Part shown: positions 1 through 10,615 of the stretch, piece by piece
Layout: each line of letters begins with the position of its first letter
Numbering within the stretch: position 1 is the first letter of the stretch
From: Fimicolochytrium jonesii
Taxonomy: Eukaryota
DNA length: 64,000 nt
Assembly (NCBI RefSeq): GCF_025526975.1
Contig: NW_026515672.1
Span: forward strand, 868,001-932,000
Direction: 5' to 3'
Position numbers and translations under genes: made by a program
Notes under the pieces: model-generated
Database searches by the model: none
Seen by the model: only the letters and a program-made list of their open reading frames with translations
Told to the model about the DNA's origin: nothing

Positions 1-165
1 GGCCCATGACATCTTATGCTACTTGTGAAGTGTGTTGAAGAACAGCGAGTGATGTGTTTCATTCTGACCATCGTCCTTTATTTGCCTGTGCTTCTACATA
101 CACTCTACGAGAGGACTCTACATCTACAGCATACAGGTGGAGCGTACAGCCAATCCCAACACCAT

Positions 166-1479
166 TCAGGCCGCCGCGGAACCAAACACCTCCGAATGAA
201 TCCGCTCAGGATGCACTCCAATCTCTTCCAACGCCTTCCTCTGCGCATTCATGAACGGTACAGGCCCGCAGAGATAATAGTCCGCATCCGGCAACACCAC
301 CTTCTCACTGATCCTCCTCACATCAATCCTACCCACAGTATCATAATCCACACCCTGCACGTCATCTCTGCCGACTTCCTCGTAATATACAATCTTACTA
401 ACTTGGGGATTCTCCGAGACGACTCTGTTCAAATGATCCTTCATGGCGTGGACATGGCGATTCCGCACCGCATGCACAAACACTACAGGCCGCTCTTTGC
501 CGTTCGCCACAACTGTGTGTAGCATCGACATCATCGGCGTGAGTCCCACGCCGCCGCTCATAAGCACGACGGGTGTCTTCGCGTTTACATCGAGTGTGAA
601 ATCGCCGTAGGGCATGCTGACGTCCACTTCCGCGTTCTCGGGGAGGTGTTCGTGTAATACGTTGGATATCTTGCCAGCGGGTCTGGTGTCGGTGGCGAAT
701 TCGCGTTTGACCGAGATGCGGAAATGTTCCCCGTGCGGCGTATCGGAGAGACTGTACTGGCGAGGCTGGTAGACCCCAAGCTCAGGCACAAAGCACCGCA
801 CACTGATGTACTGTCCCGGAGCAAAAGTCGGCAGCAGGCCCTTATCAGCCGGCGCGAGATGAAACGAGACAATCTCATCGCTTTCTAGAACTTTCCGCTT
901 CACCACGAACTTCCGCCACCCGTTCCATCTGCCCGGCATCTCCGCAGCCTTTTTGTACAGATCCCCTTCGAACGTGATGAAAATCCCGGCAAGCTGCTCA
1001 TACGCCGCCCGCCACGCCTCCATTACATCCTCCGTCACCGCGTCCCCCAACACCTCCTTAATTGAAACTAACAGCTCCTCCCCAACAACCGCATACTGCT
1101 CCGGCCGCACGCCCAGACTCGCATGCTTGTTCCCGATCCGCGACACCGCGGCGCTCAACGCCCCCAGGTTGTCGATATGCGACGCGTAGGCCCATACGGC
1201 ATGCGCGAGCGCCGCGGGCTGTGCGCCGGTCGCTTGGTGGGCGGAGTTGAAAATATTTTTGAGCGAGGGGTGGTTTTTGAGGAGGCGCTTGTAGAAATGC
1301 GTGGTGATGGCAACTCCGTGCTTGGCCAGGACGGGGGCGGTGGACTTTACGATGGCGGTTTGGGCGGGGGTGAGGGCGTGTGGGAGGGCGGTGGCGTGGA
1401 ATTGTAGCGTGCGAAGAGCGTTGGATGGTGCTCTGGCTTTGAGACGGAGGCAAGAGAGGTGGAGGTTGCGTGCAAACAT
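166..1479 (-). CDS. YHB1: Flavohemoglobin (NO dioxygenase) with N-terminal mitochondrial-type presequence; intronless
   Basis: Globin domain (ITTHFY..HP.LKNIFN, IGNKHASLG, EQY..VG), FAD-binding PGQYISV..RQYSLS, NAD-binding GGVGLTP, YYLCGP..FM and C-terminal EVFG. The first ~35 aa are Arg/Leu/Ser/Ala-rich with no acidic residues. Confidence 0.95.
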   Translation of the reverse strand: MFARNLHLSCLRLKARAPSNALRTLQFHATALPHALTPAQTAIVKSTAPVLAKHGVAITTHFYKRLLKNHPSLKNIFNSAHQATGAQPAALAHAVWAYASHIDNLGALSAAVSRIGNKHASLGVRPEQYAVVGEELLVSIKEVLGDAVTEDVMEAWRAAYEQLAGIFITFEGDLYKKAAEMPGRWNGWRKFVVKRKVLESDEIVSFHLAPADKGLLPTFAPGQYISVRCFVPELGVYQPRQYSLSDTPHGEHFRISVKREFATDTRPAGKISNVLHEHLPENAEVDVSMPYGDFTLDVNAKTPVVLMSGGVGLTPMMSMLHTVVANGKERPVVFVHAVRNRHVHAMKDHLNRVVSENPQVSKIVYYEEVGRDDVQGVDYDTVGRIDVRRISEKVVLPDADYYLCGPVPFMNAQRKALEEIGVHPERIHSEVFGSAAA

Positions 1480-1624
1480 GGTAAGCGGCGGCGCTCAAGG
1501 AAAAACGACGAGGGATGCTTGCTATAGGATACTCCTAATGAATATCAATAGATGACACAGACCGTGCATGCATATGCAATCAATAAGCTGGTTTGCCTGA
1601 ACCCCGAAGCGGCAACGCAGACCC

Positions 1625-1631
1625 TTTTATA
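1625..1631 (-). promoter_or_regulatory. Putative TATA box (TATAAAA) of the flavohemoglobin gene
   Basis: Consensus TATAAAA on the minus strand about 145 nt upstream of the ATG at 1479. Confidence 0.4.
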
Positions 1632-2021
1632 AGCGGCGTCCCTTGTGGCGGTCATGTCGGACGTTTGTTGAGGTGGCAACGGAGGCTCTTCGGAACTTCG
1701 GAAAAGGAGGCGTCGGTTGGGCGCTTTTTCACATATGCAAAAAAAGACCCCATCAACAAGTTTATGCCAACTTTTCCAAAAGCGGAAATTTCAGACGCCA
1801 AGAGCTGTCCGTCCTCCACACGCAGAAGGAAAGGATATGAGCTGGAAATAAGAAGCAAAAACGGGAATGTATGTCTAGTTGTATGAAAAAAAATGTCCAG
1901 CATAAATGTCAGGCTAAGGGAAAAAACGCGTCGAGTTGACGCATTGGGGTGCGGCAGTTTCCGCGCATAGGAGTGTTCGAGAAACGGCTGTACGTCCAGG
2001 GTTCCGTTTCGATGTCAATCT

Positions 2022-3869
2022 TTACTTGAAAAGACCCTTGTTCTTCTTGGTCTTCTCCGGTGTCCCTGGTCGTCCTTCTAATCTCCTCCTCTTCTCCTCA
2101 ATTTCCAATCGCTGCTTCTCGAGCTGCTCCTTCATTTCACGGTGACGCGCATACAGCTCGTCCTCGGATTGCTTGAGCTTGTTTTCCTTTTCGGCGACTT
2201 TCTGCTGGAATACCGCTTTCATCTCGGCTTCCATCTTGGCCATTTTCGCTTCATGTGCGGCTTTCTCCTCCTCGAACTTGGAAAGTGGGCTGCAAAATAT
2301 TGTGGTGTCAGCGAATTAACGTTTTCGACCATCCGTCTCAACTCCATGTCACTCACTTCAGAGCGGGATTGCTGGCATCGGCATCATATCCGCCGTTCGC
2401 CAATTTGCCCATGCGGTAAGACTCGTAGAGGACCTCGTTGGTGTATTCCTTCAATTCCTCCATGTGCGTCCTAATCCAGCAACAAACGATTTAGCAAAAG
2501 GAGTGTCGAATCGGTCCGCCGCCAGCCTTACGGTACCTGATCAACATCTGCCTCAGTTTGATGAAATCGCAATGTTCCTCGTTGTCCACTTCGATCACTC
2601 CCCATGGGTATTTCCTTCCCCGAACCTTCTTTCCATTCACCTCAACTTCCCTGTCGCTTCCCACAACAGCGAAAGGAATGCGGTTGATAATATCCTTGTT
2701 CTCCAACAGAGTTTCTGGGTCGTCGTTGTCGTACATAGGTGGCTGATATATGTGAATCTTGTTGTAGTTGATGTCCTCCAGAATCTACCAGGCTCGTCAG
2801 TAAACGCGGTTTCCCGAATTCAGCTGAGGTCCAGATTGAACCTACCCGGACTTTGAACGCTTTGATTTCGTCTTCCGTAAGAGTGTCGGACTTGCCAATG
2901 ACGGGGATCAAGTTCACACGGGCAGCGAGTTGGCGCATGAATTCGATGTCCAAGGGCTTCAAAGAGTGACCGGTGGGGGCGATGAAGTACAAGCAAGCGT
3001 GCACACGAGTGTCAATAATCTTCTTGCGGTTCACACGGTTCTCTTGTTCCAGGAAAGCATCGTAGCGAGCCTCAATGTTTTCCAAAATGGGGCGCCAGCT
3101 CTCCTCGTTGTTTACAAAATCTCCAAATCCAGGCGTGTCAATGACTGTAAGCTTGAGCTTCACGCCATTCTCCTCGATATCTGCATAACGTAATTCCTGA
3201 TAAGCCTGCGTTCCTACACTGAAACGGGACTGGTTGGAACCTACCAGCGCTGATGGCTTGAATCTCAACGGTCTTTGGCGTCTCGTGGCTAGGCTCTTTG
3301 TTCTCCTTGTTAGGGTACAGGGAGCTGTTGAATAGGGTGTTCACCAGTGTACTCTTTCCGAGTCCGGATTCGCCTAGAACGACGATATTCTCAGTATCCG
3401 CGGCCTATTCTTTGACCACGACGTGCTTCGCCTTCCTACTAACCGACAACCATCATGGTGAACTGGAAACCCTTCTTCACGGACTTCCGGTGAACCTGGT
3501 TAGGCAGGTTGTGGAAACCGACCGGGCCAGCCAGCTTCTTTTTGACGATAGGGATCTAGGAATAGGAAATTCTGCGGTGAGCGTGGCGGTCAATGCTCCT
3601 GAAAGTCTTTCCCGCACACTTACCGAGTCTTTTCAGCGAAACAATAGGAACAGAATATGCAGAATAGTTAGTAAAATGCTTTCCAAAGGTCTCCCACGCT
3701 GGAGGAGTACGCATCGAAACACCAATCCAGTCGCCCGTCCACTGCCGCTTCTCCGTGGCTACTCTCTGCTCGAACTTCCTCCTAGTCCGCCATATCCATT
3801 CCCCAGATCACCTCGCCGTGCGGGTGTACAGTCGTAGGGTTTGCTTGCTGTCTAGTACTCACCAGCCAT
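2022..3869 (-). CDS. CDC3: Septin, Cdc3/SEPT7-like; multi-exon, including a 5-nt micro-exon
   Basis: [35 protein letters not shown] (G1), DTPGFGD (G3), VIGKSDTLT (G4), [18 protein letters not shown], and a C-terminal coiled coil ending KKNKGLFK. Exons include 3863-3869, 3624-3628 and 3444-3555. Confidence 0.92.
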
Positions 3870-4212
3870 TTTGCCTTGTTTGTAGTGTCGTGGGAAAAAA
3901 GCCAAGGTGGAAATGTCGTCGGTTGCTTGGACGTTGCGGTTGGGCGGCGGCCGCTCGTTTGAGTCGAGTCGCTTGATCACCGCCATTTTGTCGCGTTTTC
4001 TTGTGTGACGCGACCGGCCAAAAATCGCTTCGAGAATCGACGGCGTCGTGGGCGACGTGGGGGTCCTGTCAGTTGTTTCCAGGACGATGTTTGCTGTGAA
4101 GGAGGAAAATGAAAAAGGCTCCGCGAAAACAAAAAGTATTCGCAATTATGAAGACCTATATACAGACGGGAATAGATAAATATCGGCTTGCTGCCCCATT
4201 CAGCCCAGACTG

Positions 4213-7200
4213 CTAGACCATCACAGCAGGCCATTGTTTCGCACCATGCTTGTGCTTCAGGGCTCCAACCTTGCAAGCTTCCACACGTGAGAACCACTCA
4301 TCTTGAAACAGTTGGTCTGCAGACCACCGAGTCTGTGGACTTGGATCTAGTAAACGGTACAGTAGCGTACGAGGCCCTGGGGGTATTTTGTCGAAGGGGG
4401 CATATCCATGTGTTGCGTCCGGATGTGCTGCGTGATTGATTTGATCTTTATCCAGTGGGTTGTACACCCCAGTTATGTAGTTTGCGTAGCGTGAATAATG
4501 CGCATCTGCTCCCATTCTTGCCACGCGCCATGGCATTGACCGATTGAAAAGCGTGAAGAAGATGATGCCACAGGCCCAAATGTCCGCTTTACTCCCATCG
4601 TACGATTGCGGCGAACTCCATTCTTCTGGTGGGATATACGGCATGCTTCCACATATCCCTTTCTGCTTCCTCGGTGCCCTTTCGAAGCACGTTCTGAAGA
4701 CCTCCGATACACCTTGAGGACGGAAGAGGAGGTGAATTATTCTGATGGTGGATGATTGCTTCGACCAGTCAATGAAGAACCTACCAAAATCGGTAATCTT
4801 GACTATCCGCTCATCGGCATCCAAGAGGAGGTTCTCCGGTTTCAAGTCGCGATGTGCAACACCGACCGAGTGCAGGTACTGCACACCCGACATCACTTGC
4901 TTGAAGATGCATAATCTCTCGTCCATCTCCTTCAATGATCCGTTGGCCAACAACCCGAAGAGATCACCCCCTGGCATGTACTCCATTACTTGGCACCATC
5001 TTTCGCGCTGAGAAAATATATGTTCAGCCTAGTCCAGAGGTATCAGCAAGTACCTAGTAGCCGCCTACCTCATCTTGAATCAGATCTACTGTCTGTATGA
5101 CATTCTCGTGATGCATATTGGAGCTGTGAACATTGGATGAGCGACCATGCGCTCTCTTCGCTTAGTTCAGAATTGAAATTCAAACTACCTGATGCAAAAT
5201 TCGGCAATCAGCTTTTTGAGATAGTCTCTGTGCGTCTCTTCTTTCCGTCGCTTTCGGAACTCTTTGACAGCGTAGAGTACTTCCGTCGGATTTGGTGCGG
5301 TAGTGTCAATTTTGTGTGCCTGAAGATCATTGCGGAAAACTGTCAACCCAGTGATGATTGCAACATTGAAACGATCCAATACTAATGGCTCACCAGTCTC
5401 ACAACGGCATTGGCGCCTTTGCCCAGTACTTGATTCTTGTGCACGACCCCGTACTTCTCGGCCATACTGGTCTCACTGGCGCTTCGCCCCAATTTTTTGG
5501 CGCTGCTCTTCCGAGTAAGCAAACTATGTGGCTCTAGCTCTACCTCTAACACTTTCCCCTCATGCGGCCCCTCCCCTTCAAAGAATCCTGCATTCGCCTG
5601 CGGAGATGGTAACGGTGATTCGGGTCGAGATGATTGATCCGCCTCTGAATCGGTACCGTCAGTTGGCGCAGGTCTTCCCGGTAGCTCCGGATGCGATGAG
5701 CCGGTTCCGAAAACCTTCGGTGGTCGATCGGCTCGGGATGCACCATTCCGAGTCAGGGACGCAGACCGCTTGCGGCCCAAAGGAGATGCCGTTTTTGTAA
5801 TGCTTGCATGGAGGAAACTGAGAGCTGAAGGTTGCGGTGAAGGCGCCGGCAAGCCCGGCGTGTCGTTCCCAGGAGTCACGCTACTCCTTTCCTCAGCGGC
5901 ACTAGAGCCCGGTAGCTCATGCTGGCGTGGGTGTTCCGTTTCTGAAGCCCGCGACCGGCTTGTGGAAGTAGACCTGTTACGAGTCACTGAGGAGCTCCGT
6001 AATGGGGCGTGAAGGAATGAGAAAAGGTTTTTTGCCGTTGAAGGTTCCGAACGGTCCCCATTTTCTGGTGGTTTATGGGAAATCACATCTCCAGCATCTA
6101 CTGTCACCTGGACAAAGTCCCCTGGCCGTGGGCTAGCCGTTGGCGACGGCTGCGCGCTGGAAAATAGGGAGGCTGGAGATGCCATATCTTCACCGCCAAC
6201 GCTGCTTGTTCGGCTGGCGGGCTTCGATGACCGTGGCAGAGAGCCAGCCCGTCGTCCACGTTCCTCGGCGGTGCTCTTCAGATGCAAAAGCTTTCCTATT
6301 AGCTGCTCTGCTTTATTCTGATGTTTCCGCGGCCGCTCGTGATCGCTGTGAAGCGATCCAGGGTAGTGAAGAAGATGTATGTACTCATGCACTTCCTCTT
6401 TTTTGGAATGCGCCTTTTCGATTTCCTCCCCACTTGTTCTTGTCGAGCTGATCTTCGCATCAGTTTCCACGTCATGGTCCACACCATCTGCTTGCACGTC
6501 TGCATCGTCACCCTCTTCTTCTCTTTCCCCTTCCTGTTTCTCAGGTTCATCTTCGTCAGCATCGCCTGCATGCGTCTGGGATGCACGCCCAACGATAATC
6601 TCTTCCGGCATTTCCACCGTGTCGGGTTTGCTGAATAGGCGCTGCAACAGAGTGTTCTTTCGGCCAGGTGTTGAAAATGCCGGACTAAAGATATAAGTTG
6701 CAGGTTCGTGATGGTGCAAGTTGAATTTTGGTGAAAGACCGGTGTTTTCTAGTAGTCCCGCGGCGCTGGCGATTCCGTTGTCGGCTGACTTGCTTTGACT
6801 ATCCGCCAAGTCTCGTGTGGATGCTATGCCTTCACGCTCGGCTTCATCAATCCGCGAAAGAGACATTGCTCCGCTCTGTTTCTCGACAGCTTCTCGACCC
6901 ATTCCAATTGCTGCCGCGCCACCCGGCGAGGTAAGCGCACCGCAAGGTAAAAGCATCATGAGCTCCTCCCGTGGGGCGCCCAGCGCCGCGATGCTGGCCG
7001 TTACACTCTCTGTTCCATGCGATGCTATGGACAGCTCCGACGCGGTGGAAGGATGCCCCAGGGTGAATTGTAGCCCATCTTCGTCTTCGGAGCCGCTTTC
7101 GTCGGAAGAAAAGTGTGCGCTTGGTTTTCGTCTTCCGTTGCTCAACGTCGGCATCAAAATCGGACTCAGCATCGTTGGGGTAGTCGTCTCGGAAGGGCCC

Positions 7201-7370
7201 ACGGAGGGACTGCCCCACTGAGTGTGTTTGCCATCACCATGGTGGCCCGACTCGATGCGACTCGGGCGGAGGCCGTTTCTATCTGAGGTTGAAAAGCGAG
7301 GGAACTTCTGCAACACCAGTAGGTGTTGATCGTCGAGATGCTCTATGACGTCCATGTCGCTCTCACGCAT
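4213..7370 (-). CDS. Ser/Thr protein kinase of the HAL/NPR family (Hrk1/Oca2/Ptk2-like) with a long disordered N-terminus; start uncertain
   Basis: GKGANAVVRL, YAVKEFRKR..KKLIAEFCIS, MEYMPGGDLF, HRDLKPENLL, KITDFG, GICGSMPYIPPE and DIWACG motifs spread across exons. Confidence 0.88.
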
Positions 7371-8327
7371 CTGTTGGAGTTGATTGCCTACTAGAGAATA
7401 TGCAACTGACGCTTTTGGCTTGATCTTGCGAAAAGCATGATGCGGGAGGCAAGCCTCCGAGCGCAAGGCCCGGTAAATAACATAGCTCTTTTTTGGTTGC
7501 GTTTGTTTTGAATGAAGCTAAGATCTGGCCACTGAGAATGAGCCTTCTTGCCGAAGCAGTGCAAAGCTTCCTTCTGTCCTTCACGCCTAGATCCTATATT
7601 TATCATCAGGTGCCATGGACATCACGGTCTGCGCACTTGCAATTTCGCCGTTGTTGCGGCTCAAGTCCAAAAGCCTATCGCTTTTAGTGGGACTAAGGTC
7701 GGCCTCATTTGTCAGCAGGGCGAAGCCACAGCCGTACTTCTTGAGCAGTCGGGGTATCGTGTCAATAATGGGTTGCGGCAGGTCACCATCGTTCAAATAA
7801 GACCCCTGTCAAAACGAGATATGGCTACACGCTGTCAAATTCTTGCATAATCACTGGTTTAAAGTCCCGGTCTGATCGAAGCCTATCCTACCGACCATCA
7901 AGTCACCGGCTTCTTTACCACCGCGCCAATATTGGTCCGAGAGAGCCAAACATGACAGAGTAATTGTTGTTGTCCTGTCGGCAAACTCTTGTATTGTCTT
8001 CTCCTGTAGGACACTGAATTGCCGCCTGACAAAAACAAAACTTAGTCCTGAGTCCTCCCCACATAGGCCCTTCGAGAAAGCGCACCTCCAATCCCAACTG
8101 CCTGCAAGAAAAGACCGGCTCTGAATACCAACGGATCGTGAACAGATCGTGAGTCTCTGAGACCTGTGAATTTTCGGACTATAGGCAAACACCAGGACGT
8201 TAAAGAGCAATTGAACGTAGTTCTAGTTTCGGGTGGGCGTAACAGCACCAAGTTCTGCAAGCGACAGATCCGTACTAGAACGACCACCTTCCGCCTTTCC
8301 CGTCATTCGACCCACCACACGGAGAAT

Positions 8328-10145
8328 ATGCCGGAATTATCAGTCGTGACATCCCCGGCCTCACCTGGAGCTTCGAGTGCACAGAAGGATGAGTCTGGAC
8401 TTATCCGAGTGCAACTCATCCCTCACAGCGATGTTGCCGGGCGACCCCCGATCGGTGATGTGATTGAGCGCACCTTCAAAGAAGGCACACCGGTTCGGAT
8501 TGGTCGTCAGGTCCTTCGTGATGGACAACCCGCTGTCGCAAAGGGTCAAAAGGCACCTCAAGAACAAGATGTGTGGTTCTCGTCCAAAGTGGTTAGTAGA
8601 AACCACGCGGAGATGTGGGTGAAAGACGGTCAGGTGTGTAAACTTCTCATAAATGGCGCCTCTCATGCAATGCGACGAGCCTTATTTCTTTTTACTTCAA
8701 TCAGATATATATCAAAGACATTGGGAGCTCGTCTGGTACTTTCTTGAACAAGATGCGCTTAAGTCCTTCCGGGAAGGAAAGTCGCCCCTACCCGCTGAAG
8801 GAAGGCGATCTAATCCAGTTTGGAATAGACTATAAAGGGAAACCAGATGGTGAGTTGAGCGCTTTTCCTATGACCCGCGAAGATTAGGCCTGACACTCGA
8901 TATGGCAGACGTATACAAAAGTATCACTCTTCGCATCGGATTCTATGATCAATCCTGGGTACAGGCACAGCGGAGGAAAGCAAACCCAGTGAGGTGAGTG
9001 TCGAGATTTCATGTTTTGGCATGCTTGGTGTCTATACGCTAAGATCCTCCGTATGTAGATTCCGAACCGGTTTGAAAATGCTGCTGGCCGCAGCCAATCC
9101 ATTCGGATCAAGCAACAGCGACTCTGAGAGCGATATTGCGGGGAGCACGGACTGCTGTATTTGCATTGGGGCAATTGGGCCGTTCCAAGCCCTTTTTGTT
9201 GCGCCTTGCTCCCATTGCTACCATTATAAATGCGTGCATGGACTTCTCGCGCAATCGGCAATGTTCCAATGCCCTATGTGTCGTCAAGTTGCGAACCTGG
9301 CAGCAAGCGTCAGCACCGATAGCTTATTTGGATTGGATGAGGAAGCCCAATTGGATGCGGCAATGCAAGACGGCCCTACGCATGACATCTCTCCACCACT
9401 CAGTCCGCTGGAGGAGCCTGGAGACGATGTCAGCGCAACCTACAATGCCGATAGTGCGATAGCTTCCGCGGGAGCGGCGCCTCGCCTTGCCCGTTTGCAA
9501 TTGGAACAGATTGGGACGGCGAGTGGAGACGCTACTCCTCGGAATTACGAGCGGTCTGCGAGTGCCAGCATCTCTCCCGAATCAGATGCCACAAGCACAA
9601 CGACAGCTGGCACTATACGAAACCCCGTCGAGCGCTTGAGGCAGCAAAGTAGCCCGACATCCCCACCTCAATCGGGTTCAGCTGGAACGCCAGCCACCTC
9701 GGCGGTTTCGGAGTATGTGCCGCAGCCATCTTCCGGCACATCCACGCCGGATCGGCCAAATACTGCGTCACCAGAGAGACGTCAAGCCAAACGGCGGTCG
9801 AGCAGTCTCACAAGCAAGCTCAACGCGCTGCTCCGAAGAGGCGGGGAAAAGCCCACACTAGCGGTCTCGACAAATGCCGCTGTAGGAGACACGAGCGCCT
9901 CGCAGGGAAGTGGAATCTCACACCGCTCCGCGTCTCCGGCACCCACCTCTCCTCTTGCCTCCCACCCCTCCGATATCTACGACAGCGTCGCGCCAGTCGA
10001 TAATGCTGACACCGAGTCCGAGGTGGTATCTCCCCCATTGACTGAAGCAGAGATGAAGCGGAATATGACAGCAACCCCTCATCCGCACGGGTTGGCTATG
10101 CGAGCTGAGGATGACGATATCAGTGCAGGGGCGCTTGAGGATTGA
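8328..10145 (+). CDS. DMA1: FHA + RING E3 ubiquitin ligase (Dma1/Chf-like)
   Basis: FHA motifs IGR..SKVVSRNHA..DIGSSSGTFLN and RING CCICIGAI...APCSHCYHYKC...CPMCR. Three GT-AG introns and a Ser/Pro-rich tail. Confidence 0.88.
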
Positions 10146-10460
10146 TTCTCTGGGACAAAGTCATGGGACCCCATGATGTGGTGGCGAATCGTGGAAGTGA
10201 CAAGCAGTTCCTCGTTAGTGTGAACGAGTTTTAGCCGTATAGAACTCAACTGTGGAAATCATGAATAGTAGGCGGTTTCTGTCTGGAATCTGTGGGAACT
10301 GTGTGCCCGTTTCCATGAGCTGTATTTGCGCTTGCCTCGCCCAATGCCGAGGTGTGCGAATCTCATCTCCTCTCCCGGCCCCATGACGTGGGGCCACCCA
10401 ATGAACTTGACCAAAATTGAGCGGGCTGCGTAGGACTGTTGCATGTTTCTCGCCATCTCC

Positions 10461-10496
10461 GCCAGGGATGCCAGGGATGCCAGGAATGCCAGGGAT
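10461..10496. repeat. Tandem 9-bp repeat (GCCAGGGAT) x4
   Basis: gccagggat gccagggat gccaggaat gccagggat, between the convergent Dma1 and COG5 3' ends. Confidence 0.85.
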
Positions 10497-10615
10497 GATC
10501 GTGGTCTCGATATGATTGCTAGGTTAGCGCCGGAAACAGCTGCTATGGTCCATTGGTCCATTAGCCTATAAGTACATGCACTTTTTGAAGTAGGTACAGC
10601 TACCAAATACCGGCT

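Noticed and set aside
1655..1790. Cluster of CGG triplets upstream of the flavohemoglobin as a Zn2Cys6 NO-response element
   Set aside because: The motif is too short and too frequent at this GC content to support.
7391..7850. Short ORFs or possible exons upstream of the kinase
   Set aside because: No recognisable motif and no convincing in-frame splice path. They may be UTR or promoter sequence.
2022..10145. Septin, kinase and Dma1 as a cytokinesis gene cluster
   Set aside because: Dma1 is linked to septation in yeasts, but proximity of common genes in a compact genome is weak evidence without synteny data.
10377..10395. 7-bp GC hairpin (GGCCCCA-tgacg-TGGGGCC)
   Set aside because: Short enough to be expected by chance in 64 kb, with no further structure.
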